From a virus, in the IMG/VR virus record IMGVR_UViG_3300042473_001368: DNA of 64,000 nucleotides; one strand, given 5' to 3'. This document shows, piece by piece, positions 11,209-21,271 of this stretch. The position numbers and the translations under genes were made by a program. Each line of letters opens with the position of its first letter. The stretch's first letter is position 1. The notes under the pieces were generated by a model. It saw only the letters and a list, made by a program, of their open reading frames with translations. It did not search any database and was not told the DNA's origin.

Positions 11209-13024
11209 CTATAACATCGATAAAGTTGCTAATTGTTTGCGGATAATCAAGATACGGGAATTTGAAGAACTGTAATTGTGTATCTTGGTTAAGTATAAAA
11301 ATATCGTCGCTTGGGTACAGTGGATTCCAGCCAAGTAATGACACACCATTAAATCGAAGATCTTCTTGCGAATTATATGTGTATATGTACTTTATACCTT
11401 CGATACTTAAGATATTCGAAGATAACTCACTCAAGCTAATGTTTTGGCCGAGTTTATTGTTACGAGGATCAAAGAAATCTTTAATAACAGTAGCAACACG
11501 ACTACGTAATGTGTCTTTCTGTATCTTATTTGTATTTTCACGTACAACAACAAGTTTACAGTTGTCAGCTATTGTTGTTTGAAGTACTGACTTATTAGAG
11601 AAACCTAGTCTAAATGTTACATACACTGGGTCACGCGGCACTACTTCAGTGTTAATCATTTTAATGTCTTTTGTGATATCAACAATTAAATTCTTGAAAG
11701 CTGTAGACATATATTCTGGTGTTTGACTGTCTACTTCAACATTGAATGTAGGAACTGTAAACACATTAATATTGTTAAAGTCGCAGCTGTCTGCAAAGTT
11801 AACCTGATTGAGTAATACTCTATTTACCTTATTTGGATCTACACTAATGTTGTAAAAGTAGTTTATATAACTATCTAAGAATTCAGTGTTAGATGCAACA
11901 TAGATTGATTGTGCAAGACCTGTTAGATTCTTTGATAAAAACGAGGTATAATCCTGAGATGTTACAAGTCGTAAATTGCTTGCAACAAAACCAGGAGTAT
12001 TTTTTCGTATCTCGTCTACTGTCTCGCCTTCAGAGATTATACTAGAGTTATTTGGGTTAGTAAACGCAATGTTTTCACTCAATGCATTTGTCACTACTGT
12101 ACCTTGCAAATCTGGTTCTACATCAGTGTAGATAGTTTCGAAAAGCGAAGTCGAATAGTTAAAGAGCTTGTTACCGCTTATTGCGTTTTTAGATATAACA
12201 CCTACAACATTATTACTGAGGATGTAGTATACAATAACTTCATCTCCTTGTTCTAGTTTTCTACCAAAAACACCATTGCCAAATTTAACTTCGTAATTGC
12301 CGTTTTCATTAAGTCTTAGATCATACGATCTATCACTTGCACCAGCGAGATACAGGCTATTTGATTCAGCATACTCATAGTATTTGCTTGAAGTAGCTTC
12401 TTTAACATATACTGAAATCGTACCATTAGCAATAAACTTAAGTGTGGTAGAGTCAACTATATTGTCTACAACAATAGGAAATGTCTCGTATTCTTCACCT
12501 GAAGCTACATAGACCGGATATTGTTCAACTGTACCTTGGTACAAAACTACATTATTGTTAATACTGTCTAGCGTTTGAGTAGCTGTTTCAGTTTTTGTGA
12601 ATGTGTAGTTCTTTAAAAATGTATATTGAATATCATCTACGAGAAAGTACGAATACTTTCGAATAGTGTAACTCCCTACAGGTAAATTTGCATTAGCTGT
12701 TGCGTTTAATGTGCATATCGATGTTTGTTTACCAGTTGGCTTGTATCCAACAAGGTTAACAATCTTATTCATATTCTCATAAAGAGTAGCTTGCGAAAAT
12801 GTAGACTCAGACGCTGTTGTATTGAGGTAGAACATCAATACATGATATGAGTAAGCTATTATATCAATAATAGAAGACAGGTTACTGCCATCATAGATTT
12901 GATCAGTAAAATTCTCATTTGTATTAAGTCTCTTAATGATAAAGTCCTTGAGCGTAAGTGCATCAAATGTCACATAAGCGTCTTGAGGTAGTTTATAATC
13001 GATGTTTTGTTCTGGTCTTGACAT
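11201..13024 (-). CDS. gp6: Baseplate wedge subunit, T4 gp6-like
   Basis: DQIYDGSNLSSIIDIIAY...ESTFSQATLYEN..LVGYKP and YEVKFGNGVFGRKL motifs. Confidence 0.9.
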   Translation of the reverse strand: MSRPEQNIDYKLPQDAYVTFDALTLKDFIIKRLNTNENFTDQIYDGSNLSSIIDIIAYSYHVLMFYLNTTASESTFSQATLYENMNKIVNLVGYKPTGKQTSICTLNATANANLPVGSYTIRKYSYFLVDDIQYTFLKNYTFTKTETATQTLDSINNNVVLYQGTVEQYPVYVASGEEYETFPIVVDNIVDSTTLKFIANGTISVYVKEATSSKYYEYAESNSLYLAGASDRSYDLRLNENGNYEVKFGNGVFGRKLEQGDEVIVYYILSNNVVGVISKNAISGNKLFNYSTSLFETIYTDVEPDLQGTVVTNALSENIAFTNPNNSSIISEGETVDEIRKNTPGFVASNLRLVTSQDYTSFLSKNLTGLAQSIYVASNTEFLDSYINYFYNISVDPNKVNRVLLNQVNFADSCDFNNINVFTVPTFNVEVDSQTPEYMSTAFKNLIVDITKDIKMINTEVVPRDPVYVTFRLGFSNKSVLQTTIADNCKLVVVRENTNKIQKDTLRSRVATVIKDFFDPRNNKLGQNISLSELSSNILSIEGIKYIYTYNSQEDLRFNGVSLLGWNPLYPSDDIFILNQDTQLQFFKFPYLDYPQTISNFIDVIDE

Positions 13025-13026
13025 AG

Positions 13027-13509
13027 TTAGTAGTATCCATTACTGTTAAGTGCATTCTTCAACGACACTCCGTATATATTTAACGAAGGAACATCAATCT
13101 GAAGGGTTATATTGTATTGATTATTATCTGGGTCTGGTATAACAGAAACACCTTGTACTATTACTCTTGGTTCAAAGCGAGGTAAGTTGTTAAAGATGTC
13201 ATCTCTAATAAAGAACGCTGTATCTGCAGTGATTGGTTCAAAGAGATACTGACGTAAATCAATACCATACTCTGGTGATAGTATTTTCTGGCCAGGTGAT
13301 GTAAGAAAGCACGTTTTTATACTGTTTTTAACAGCATCGAGATCAAACAAAGCAACAATATCGTTTAACTTTGCTTTTGTGTTGAGTTGATTATTATAGG
13401 TATAGCCATCTTCAAAATCGAGTAATACATCCTTATATAGGAATCCCTTCTCTAATGATGCCTCTTTACCTTTACTTGGAGCAATATTTGTAAGTTTTAA
13501 ACTTATCAC
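13027..13509 (-). CDS. gp25: Baseplate wedge subunit, T4 gp25-like
   Basis: AVKNSIK..FLTSPGQKILSPEYGIDLRQYLFEP...RFEPRV. Confidence 0.9.
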   Translation of the reverse strand: MISLKLTNIAPSKGKEASLEKGFLYKDVLLDFEDGYTYNNQLNTKAKLNDIVALFDLDAVKNSIKTCFLTSPGQKILSPEYGIDLRQYLFEPITADTAFFIRDDIFNNLPRFEPRVIVQGVSVIPDPDNNQYNITLQIDVPSLNIYGVSLKNALNSNGYY

Positions 13510-13517
13510 TCAAATAT

Positions 13518-13802
13518 TTATTGCCAATCCTTGCAAGCAGCGTGTTTTGGTGTACCTGGTTTTGCACTTGAGCATTTGTGTCTTGCTCTAAACGATTTAC
13601 GTCTCTTTGGATTAGACTTTTTGACTCTCATATTAGGATCGCCCCAATGAATTCTCTTGTACCCTTCACCGCTAGGATTTTTAACACACTTTGTATACTT
13701 CTTACTTTTAAGAGGAGACGATGCTTTTTTTGTAGTGCGTGTACATCTCGAGCCCTTGGATGCTTCAGTTAGTAGCTCTTCTACAAGTTTGTCAAATTCC
13801 AT
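13518..13802 (-). CDS. Small basic protein conserved in T4-like phages; possible internal head/DNA-binding protein
   Basis: HWGDPNMRVKKSNPKRRKSFRARHKC; start moved to MEFDKL after late promoter 13808-13814. Confidence 0.65.
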   Translation of the reverse strand: MEFDKLVEELLTEASKGSRCTRTTKKASSPLKSKKYTKCVKNPSGEGYKRIHWGDPNMRVKKSNPKRRKSFRARHKCSSAKPGTPKHAACKDWQ

Positions 13803-13807
13803 ACATT

Positions 13808-13829
13808 TATTTATCACTATGCATAAATA
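13808..13829. promoter_or_regulatory. Divergent pair of T4-type late promoters
   Basis: TATTTAT at 13808-13814 (minus) and ATAAATA at 13823-13829 (plus). Confidence 0.75.
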
Positions 13830-13834
13830 TTCTT

Positions 13835-14368
13835 ATGACAAAACGTAACAAGTTCGTTTCACTATATGAATCCTACATGAAGAGATTCCAACGAGGTGGA
13901 TTTCAAGTTGGAGATGTATTCGTGTTCAACAAAAACTTTAAAAGCGACGAAGGGTATAAACAATTAGGTCAAAATGTTAAGGATCTAATCGATCAAATGA
14001 TTGAATCAGGCCTTCACATCCGTGTTGTTAATATTAAAGATACAGCTCCTCAAAGATACCCTGCATCAGATGCAGGCTCTTCGTTAGAAGTTAATCTCGA
14101 TCTTGCAGTTGATACAGGCGGTGGTAGATACATGCATTATGTTACTATTCCATGCTGCTTAGGCGAACCTATTAGATATGGTCAGAACCTACCGCCTATT
14201 CCTGATGCAATGAGACGTGTCGATAAGGTGAATATTAAACCAGAAGAGTATGTAGAAGATGAAGAGAACCCTTCAAATAAATCGGAACGTAAGCTCGCTA
14301 CTAAAAACACAGTTCTTAAGCATAGTAAAGAGCCATACACTGTTAACTACGTCAAAGGTTTAAAATAA
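13835..14368 (+). CDS. Hypothetical late protein
   Basis: Start moved to MTKRNK after ATAAATA at 13823-13829. Confidence 0.65.
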   Translation: MTKRNKFVSLYESYMKRFQRGGFQVGDVFVFNKNFKSDEGYKQLGQNVKDLIDQMIESGLHIRVVNIKDTAPQRYPASDAGSSLEVNLDLAVDTGGGRYMHYVTIPCCLGEPIRYGQNLPPIPDAMRRVDKVNIKPEEYVEDEENPSNKSERKLATKNTVLKHSKEPYTVNYVKGLK

Positions 14369-14412
14369 CTATATTATATAAAAAACTTTACTAACTAATA
14401 AATAATAATTAT

Positions 14413-14928
14413 ATGAGTTCAGCAAAAAAAGATACAGATATGCTTATGGAAGCATATGAACAGGTTATAGAAGAAGGTCTATTTGATCGCTTTAAAGCTC
14501 GTGGTGCACAAGCTATCGGCGCAGTAAAAGGAGCAGGTCAGCAAGTAGCAGGCGGTGCTAAGCAGTTAGCTGGTAAGGCTATATCTAAGGCTGGTGATTA
14601 TGCACAAAAAGGGGTAGAAGCAGTAGGTGGTTCTGTTGACCCTGGCAAAAATAAATTAACACAGGCAGGTGCTAACCTTCAAAAAACAGGAGCAAAGCAA
14701 GTTGGTGCAGGTCAACGTGCTGGCGAAGAAGCTAAATATAGATCATATATCAGCAACACCGTTCAAACACTTATTACTGATCTTACCAAGTTAGGTATGG
14801 ATGTTAATGATGAAGCTGCTCTTTCTAAAGAACTTACAGATGTTATTACTAAAAATCTTAAGTATGTTACTAAGAGCGGACAACTAATGACTAAAGGCAA
14901 AACGACTTTTGGTAGCAAAGTAGTCTAA
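14413..14928 (+). CDS. Hypothetical Gly/Ala/Lys-rich late protein (possible head internal protein)
   Basis: ATAAATA at 14398-14404; N-terminal LMEAYEQVIEE motif. Confidence 0.6.
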   Translation: MSSAKKDTDMLMEAYEQVIEEGLFDRFKARGAQAIGAVKGAGQQVAGGAKQLAGKAISKAGDYAQKGVEAVGGSVDPGKNKLTQAGANLQKTGAKQVGAGQRAGEEAKYRSYISNTVQTLITDLTKLGMDVNDEAALSKELTDVITKNLKYVTKSGQLMTKGKTTFGSKVV

Positions 14929-14943
14929 TTGACGCATTCCAAG

Positions 14944-15819
14944 TTAATCCAGCAAGCGAAAATTGGAGAGAACTTCTTTAAGTTCTCTCCAATTTTTTAC
15001 GTTAAAAGTGTTTCTATATTTTTCTATAATGCAACGCTTTGATAGTTGTAGTGCTATTTCTATTTCTTGAAGATTGCATCCACGTGCTACGAGGCGTATA
15101 AATTTATCCTTATCAAATTCTTTATAATTGCTATTCTTATTTGCTCTTTGTGTATTAACGTAATCGATACCATAACTATTGCAGTACTCTTTTAGAGTTG
15201 TATTAGGGTAAAATTTTGACTTTAACGTATTTACATTAATTTTTAAAAGTTTACCTATCTCTTTATTAGTACGCTGCTCTTTGAGATATTTTACAAAAAG
15301 CTCTTCTGTTATATCTAGACGTGTCATATGATTATATTTTACTATACTATGCGAATCGCAATACTGTCTTAATGTTTTGTCAGGATAAAATCGACGCTTA
15401 AACGTGTCTTTATTAACTTTTAGCTTATTTGATATATATGTTATATCATAACCTTCGCGTAAAAGCATAATAAACGTCTCCTCTTCTAGATCGTGTCTGT
15501 AATTATTATTGTGCTGACCAGAGCTCGCACCCTGTCCTCCTTGTTGAAGGTTTAGTAAAACACCGCCTTCACTCCTTAATCCGTACTGTTTAATATATTC
15601 TTTCTCGAGATTATACGCAGCCTGTTCAGATTCTATGTTTTCATATAGAATACGAGCAATATCTTGCATTGTCCACCCGCATTTTTGCAACTTAGCGAGT
15701 TTATTTTTATGTATATTACTTCTGCTTTGTAAACTACGAGACCTATTTTTTGTACCTTTACCTATATAGAATATCTTACAAGTCTCAGGATCTATGTGAC
15801 AATATATGTAATACATCAT
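14944..15819 (-). mobile_element. Free-standing GIY-YIG homing endonuclease with three tandem HTH-like C-terminal repeats
   Basis: YYIYCH...FYIGKG...R, E..YIKQYG; late promoter 15823-15829. Confidence 0.85.
14959..14998. terminator. Bidirectional intrinsic terminator-like hairpin between convergent genes
   Basis: Perfect 17-bp inverted repeat AAAATTGGAGAGAACTT-CTTT-AAGTTCTCTCCAATTTT. Confidence 0.75.
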
Positions 15820-15845
15820 ATGTATTTATGTCACTATCTTGTTTA

Positions 15846-16775
15846 TTACACTTCTTCTAGATTTATCCAGCAAGCAAAACAATTAATCTCATGATCTGCT
15901 ACAAATGCAGCTCGCCACAAATGTTCTGCAATTATTGCGATCATCTCTTTCTTTTTGGATTCGTCAATAGGTCTTTCATATAAGAAGTTAAGATAGTCTT
16001 TCATCAGAGTATCATAGTCACCATAGAATTGCTCTTCATTCTCAATAAGATACTTACGTAACTCAATAGAGTTCTTAGCAGATATACTATCAAATATAAA
16101 AGTTAGTAGTGCATTACTAGTATTAACTTTCTCGATAGATAACTCACCACTGATACAGTTTTTCTGTACTTCGTTAATACACTTACGTAAATCAGGAAAA
16201 TTGCTCTTAACCAATTCTACGAACTTCTTCTTCTGATCTTCAGGTATTGTAATACCCTCTTTCTTAAGAATACTATATACAAATCTTACACTATCATCAA
16301 GATGAGGCTTGATATCAAGCAATTGACATCTTGACTGAATAGCAGGTATAATCTTATGCTTATAGTTAGCAGTCAAGATAAAACGCGTATACTTTGAGAA
16401 AGACTCCATAGTATTACGTAGAGCTGCTTGAGCATTTGAACTCAAGAAGTCAGACTCATCAAGAATAACAACTTTGATACCACCATCAAATGACTTAGTC
16501 TGAGCAAAGTTAGATACTTTAGTACGAATTGTATCGATACCATTCTCATCAGAAGCATTGATATACAAATAATCGCAGTTAAGTATCTCCTTAACAATGA
16601 CAAGAGCCGTAGTAGTTTTACCAGTTCCAGGGCTACCCACGAAAAGTAAGTTAGGTATCTCAGAATTACCTTGATAATCCTGGATGATACCACGAACCCT
16701 CTCAGGGAGACTAATCTCTAAGAGGGTTCGTGGTCTATACTTTTCGCACCAAATTCCGTTTAAGTCAAGAGCCAT
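15846..16775 (-). CDS. gp44: Sliding clamp loader AAA+ subunit (T4 gp44/RFC-like)
   Basis: WCEKYRP, GSPGTGKT Walker A, INASDE, LDESD, SRC motifs. Confidence 0.95.
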   Translation of the reverse strand: MALDLNGIWCEKYRPRTLLEISLPERVRGIIQDYQGNSEIPNLLFVGSPGTGKTTTALVIVKEILNCDYLYINASDENGIDTIRTKVSNFAQTKSFDGGIKVVILDESDFLSSNAQAALRNTMESFSKYTRFILTANYKHKIIPAIQSRCQLLDIKPHLDDSVRFVYSILKKEGITIPEDQKKKFVELVKSNFPDLRKCINEVQKNCISGELSIEKVNTSNALLTFIFDSISAKNSIELRKYLIENEEQFYGDYDTLMKDYLNFLYERPIDESKKKEMIAIIAEHLWRAAFVADHEINCFACWINLEEV

Positions 16776-16777
16776 AA

Positions 16778-17278
16778 TTATCTTCCAGAAGAACCAAAAC
16801 CATTAGCACCACGATCGCTTTCTGCAGTCTCGCCTTCTTCTACAAGAACATTATAGTTACGATATACAACAAATTGTGCTATTTTATCACCTTTTTCAAC
16901 AATATATTCTGTATCAGTGTTGTTATACAACTTAATACCAGCATTTCCTCTGTATCCAGGATCAATAATACCTGGATGAGGCGAAACACCATACTTAAAT
17001 CCTAAACCACTACGACCTTCAACTTTTACCCAGAAGTCAGGTGAAATTTCAGCAAATTCAAGGCCAACATCTACAACTGCACTACCTCTAGCAGGAATTG
17101 CTTTATTCTCAACGCTATAAACATCAAACCCTACATCACTAGCATTATTTTTCGTGGGTAGCTTTGCGTCAGGATGCACTTTCTTAAATTTAAGGCGTGT
17201 ATCAATTTTGCGTACTTCAACACTTGAGTTAGTAGATACTGTTTGACCATCAGACGGATAACTATATTCGATTTGCAT
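16778..17278 (-). CDS. dut: Trimeric dUTPase
   Basis: DVGFDV, GRSGLG, GIIDPGYRG, RGANGFGSSG. Confidence 0.95.
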   Translation of the reverse strand: MQIEYSYPSDGQTVSTNSSVEVRKIDTRLKFKKVHPDAKLPTKNNASDVGFDVYSVENKAIPARGSAVVDVGLEFAEISPDFWVKVEGRSGLGFKYGVSPHPGIIDPGYRGNAGIKLYNNTDTEYIVEKGDKIAQFVVYRNYNVLVEEGETAESDRGANGFGSSGR

Positions 17279-17323
17279 GTCATGATTATATGACTAAATA
17301 CATAAAAATCAATAAGTAATTTC

Positions 17324-17776
17324 ATGGAAGATTCACTCGACGAAGCAGTCAACGATATTTTATCACAACTCAAAGATACTACAGCACTTGCGCGTAAAGT
17401 GCCGGTACAAGAACAAGATCTTCAAAAGGAAGACTTAGAGAGATACATTATCAGTACATCTGGTAAGTTAATTAACAAGACGCTCGGAATTATCGACAAT
17501 GTTCAGGATTATATCAGTTCTGCACCTGAAGCAAAAGATGTAACAGCGTTAGCAGAACTACTCAAAGCAGCTTCTTCATCAATTGAATCGTTAAACAAGG
17601 TATATACATCAATTGAACGCAATAAGACTGTAAAAGAGGTTAAGCAAATGGATATTGATTCAAGAGAGAAGATCAATGTTAACGATAACGCTACTTTCCT
17701 ACTGTCTCGTAAAGAAGTAATGCAAGAACTGCTTAAGAAAGCAGAAGAGCCTGAGCCAAAAGTCGTTGATGTTTAA
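17324..17776 (+). CDS. Probable terminase small subunit (T4 gp16-like)
   Basis: 150 aa helical; C-terminal INVNDNATFLLSRKEVMQELL resembles T4 gp16 [20 protein letters not shown]. Confidence 0.55.
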   Translation: MEDSLDEAVNDILSQLKDTTALARKVPVQEQDLQKEDLERYIISTSGKLINKTLGIIDNVQDYISSAPEAKDVTALAELLKAASSSIESLNKVYTSIERNKTVKEVKQMDIDSREKINVNDNATFLLSRKEVMQELLKKAEEPEPKVVDV

Positions 17777-18732
17777 TCGTTCTTTGTAATCGGTTCTTGC
17801 TTAGGTTTACTAAGGTCACCTAGCTGTCCTTCGACAGTATGAAGATTAAGTATGGTGTTTTTAGCATCGTTCTTGATTTCGAGCTTAAATTCACGTACTT
17901 TATCGCTTTCGAATGTATTACCTATAAGATCTGCACTAATAACAGCTTGTTTTGTATCTCCACCTTGAAAATATTCACTAATACGGTGAATTACATACTG
18001 AGTTGATACATCTGTGTTACGTTCTTTGTCAAATAAGTTAATCTCGCGGTTAAACTCATACAATCTGTATGTTTCATCACCAAGAAACTCTTTAATTTTA
18101 GGAAATATTTCAGCAGATAGTGATTGTGTATTGGTCCACGATGTTGTATCAGCAACAAGGTAAGATCCATGCGGTGTACTATTATTTGCCTGAGCTGATA
18201 CCTCTCTCAGCTGATTATCAAGTACAATAGAGCCTAGAACACAATTCTGGTAGACAGTGTTAGATGCTTTAGTTAGCTCATTATGAGAATCTAGAATAAA
18301 CTTAGGTACCTTTTTAAGTGTAAGTACATTTATATCATATACAGTTGTATCTGCTAGTTCCGATATAGGAGTCTCAACTGTAGATCTATTAAGGTTGCCT
18401 TGAACACCTAGAGTATCAGGAGTATTCTTCCAGTACTTTTTATCTAATGTCAATGCACTAAGAAACCCTTTAAAAGGGCTGTTTCGAAGCTGCGTTAGGT
18501 AGTACGTAATAGTATATTCATCTACCTTCGTACCTATGTCTTCTAGCGAAGTTATAAAAACTTTTAACTGTCTTACACCAGCATGATAGATTTTTTTAAA
18601 ATTTTCCATTAAAGTTTTATCTTCTTCTGAAAAATTTCCTAGAGTGTCGAGATTGCCGATAAGCTCCTCTGACTGTTTCTTAGTTAAAAGAACAGCTCTT
18701 AAACGTTCAACTTTTTTTGATAACTTATACAT
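17773..18732 (-). CDS. Hypothetical protein in baseplate gene block
   Basis: Long ORF; likely start MYKLSKK at 18732. Confidence 0.6.
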   Translation of the reverse strand: MYKLSKKVERLRAVLLTKKQSEELIGNLDTLGNFSEEDKTLMENFKKIYHAGVRQLKVFITSLEDIGTKVDEYTITYYLTQLRNSPFKGFLSALTLDKKYWKNTPDTLGVQGNLNRSTVETPISELADTTVYDINVLTLKKVPKFILDSHNELTKASNTVYQNCVLGSIVLDNQLREVSAQANNSTPHGSYLVADTTSWTNTQSLSAEIFPKIKEFLGDETYRLYEFNREINLFDKERNTDVSTQYVIHRISEYFQGGDTKQAVISADLIGNTFESDKVREFKLEIKNDAKNTILNLHTVEGQLGDLSKPKQEPITKND

Positions 18733-20074
18733 CTTGATCGTTATTACCAGTTTTATATGATGGCCCTGCAAATGTCTTTACAGCTTTAATTGTGTTCCTA
18801 TATGTAGAGCCTAATTTTATATGTTCAACTCCTGTTACAAACCACCTACCAAGGAGAAGAGGGCTTTTCGCTTCTTTCTTCTGAAGGGATATATCAATAA
18901 ATGTACCTGGTTGTCTAGCTAAGTTTCCGTTAGTTGTAATCATTATTTGATTGTTGCGAAATATAAAATCGTTAATCATATTTGCTTTTACTATATTTAC
19001 ATTATCAACTCGGCTATACGGTAGCCGATATGTCTTAAATTCACCTTCTAGTTTTTCCTTTGTCATAGGAAGATGTCTCACAGGTTCACCGTACATCATT
19101 GGAAACTTCTTCACAAACTTCTCTTCCCATTCAGCTCTTACATCTTTAATACGGAGTTGGTCAATATGATTTTCGCCTAGAATATCATCATAACTCATTA
19201 CATTCGTATTCATAAAAAATTGATTAGAATCATCGACACTATACTTATCGAGTGAGATACTAGTAACATTACTTATATTTCTATCAGATGGAGTATCACG
19301 TGGTGTATCAGGGTTATCTTCACTACCTATTTGTACGTCTTGCTTAGTTAATATTTCGCCTGAATGAAATGCTTCTATTAAGAGCTCACTATTCTTCTCA
19401 AAGAAGTCCTTACTCATTGTTTTGAGAGAATACTTACCGTCTCTTTCTTTCGAGAGGATTCCTTTTACAGGTGTATCACCATCTTTAAAGTAATAATATT
19501 GTAGTAAGTAATATATAACATCGATATACCTATAATTAACAGATGGTACAAATGGATCTGTTAAAGATAAAATAAAGTCACCATCTTCAAATATCTCTTC
19601 ACCAGCATCGTCTTTCTTTATCTCAAACTTAAACTCTTTGAGTATGTCCTTAATAATTTTACCAGCTTTACCGCTATATGCACGACCATATGGGAATTTG
19701 TGCAATAGCATAGATTCATGGTTATCTATGAAGTAAAACACCTTAAGATTTTTAATAGGTGTACCATCATCCACTATGTTCTTTTCACCTATTATAGTAA
19801 ATGTAGAGTTTATCTCAGTATTATTCGCTTCATCACGTAAGAATATGTCAATCTTATCAGAACCATCTCCTCTGAAAATAAACTTACTATCTATAAAATT
19901 AGATGGGTTTGCGATAGTGATAGCGCCATCTGGAAATGGGTCAAACAGACTCTCATCGTATAACAAGTTCTGTACCGCAGAGTCTTTAAATGAAAACTCT
20001 TGACCCGTACCGTTATAGATCTTGTATTTGTATTGGTACGATGAACCATTTAATTTAGTTAAAGTGTTTTCCAT
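18725..20074 (-). CDS. Baseplate hub-like protein (gp27/late control D-like)
   Basis: ESLFDPFPDGAITI N-terminus and GRWFVTGVEH...Y.NTIKAVK C-terminus; position next to gp53. Confidence 0.55.
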   Translation of the reverse strand: MENTLTKLNGSSYQYKYKIYNGTGQEFSFKDSAVQNLLYDESLFDPFPDGAITIANPSNFIDSKFIFRGDGSDKIDIFLRDEANNTEINSTFTIIGEKNIVDDGTPIKNLKVFYFIDNHESMLLHKFPYGRAYSGKAGKIIKDILKEFKFEIKKDDAGEEIFEDGDFILSLTDPFVPSVNYRYIDVIYYLLQYYYFKDGDTPVKGILSKERDGKYSLKTMSKDFFEKNSELLIEAFHSGEILTKQDVQIGSEDNPDTPRDTPSDRNISNVTSISLDKYSVDDSNQFFMNTNVMSYDDILGENHIDQLRIKDVRAEWEEKFVKKFPMMYGEPVRHLPMTKEKLEGEFKTYRLPYSRVDNVNIVKANMINDFIFRNNQIMITTNGNLARQPGTFIDISLQKKEAKSPLLLGRWFVTGVEHIKLGSTYRNTIKAVKTFAGPSYKTGNNDQDV

Positions 20075-20456
20075 TACCTTGAGTTATTTTAGTTATTTGA
20101 CTTAGTACTAATGATAGATACTCAGGTTTAATATACTCTATTTGGATCCCTCCCGAAACAACGAATCTATTCGTCTCAAGTGTTTTTTTGTTTATTAGAA
20201 ACAAAAGCCACCAAAGCTTCATATCACCATAGATTTTGTAAGATAAGATAGTCAAAGGCATATCTGATTTTACATTGTAAAAACTAACAAGTTCGTCATC
20301 TATAGTATCTGGTATCTCAATCTTCTTAAGAATATTATAAAACAGAAATTCCTTTGTGTTCTTTTCTGTTGTATATAGCTTAAAAATCCTCTCGTAAGCA
20401 GTTATGCTTAGAGAACTTAGGGATTTAATATCGGATTGATAGTTACCTAATTTCAT
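20055..20456 (-). CDS. gp53: Baseplate wedge subunit gp53-like (LysM-like)
   Basis: PLTILSYKIYGDMKLWWLLFLIN. Confidence 0.75.
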   Translation of the reverse strand: MKLGNYQSDIKSLSSLSITAYERIFKLYTTEKNTKEFLFYNILKKIEIPDTIDDELVSFYNVKSDMPLTILSYKIYGDMKLWWLLFLINKKTLETNRFVVSGGIQIEYIKPEYLSLVLSQITKITQGNGKHFN

Positions 20457-20477
20457 AATATTATTTTTATTCTACCC

Positions 20478-21263
20478 TTAATTATTAGAATATTTACTTT
20501 CTAGTTCTCTTGGTTCTGTGTATAGAGATGTGAAAGTGATTGTTACTCTATAACCTTCAGGTATCAGTTTGCCACCTAGGTATTTTCTCTGCCCTACAAG
20601 CTTGACATCAACATTAGCTGATGCCCAGCTAATATATCTGTAACCTGGAACTGTTACTTTCCACAAAGCTGCAGGCTCTACGATAAGACCTGATGACCTA
20701 CTCAGTTTATTTATAGTTATTAATTTTTTAACAAGCTCGTAGTTTTTCTCGTAATCGTTAGAATTAATTGTATTAATTAAAGAGAACTCAATGCCAACTG
20801 ATCCTTCTCCTAACTCTGCGTAGTTAAAGAATTTTGGTGGTTCGTATAGTGATCCAGGCGAAGTAATGTTTGCTTGAAACTGTCCTACTGCTGTTTGAAC
20901 ATTAGCAGCTAGTTGACTTACAACACCTACAGCTCCTAATGAAGCAAGTCCCTGCGTTCCGTTAGTAGATCCAACATAGTTGTCCGCCCACGATGTACTA
21001 ATTTGTCTAACGTCGTCACCAAAATAAGGAAAAATCCAACCATCTGATGTAGCATTACCTGCGTCCATGGGATGAAGGTTATCATAGTAACTAACACCAT
21101 CTGAAGATGTGATAGCGTTACCCCATGTCGATATTTGATTAAGTATATCACTCTTCAGAATCAAGTATGATGTAGCGAATATACGCGGCACCTCGTCTAA
21201 CAACGGGCCGGTTGCTGTTGTCCATTTATACTGGTTATTAGCAGCTATATTGTAGATACTCAC
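20478..21263 (-). CDS. Baseplate tail-tube cap/initiator-like protein (gp48/gp54-like)
   Basis: EPPKFFNY...IEFSLINT...WKVTVPG; baseplate context. Confidence 0.45.
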   Translation of the reverse strand: MSIYNIAANNQYKWTTATGPLLDEVPRIFATSYLILKSDILNQISTWGNAITSSDGVSYYDNLHPMDAGNATSDGWIFPYFGDDVRQISTSWADNYVGSTNGTQGLASLGAVGVVSQLAANVQTAVGQFQANITSPGSLYEPPKFFNYAELGEGSVGIEFSLINTINSNDYEKNYELVKKLITINKLSRSSGLIVEPAALWKVTVPGYRYISWASANVDVKLVGQRKYLGGKLIPEGYRVTITFTSLYTEPRELESKYSNN

Positions 21264-21271
21264 AATAATAT

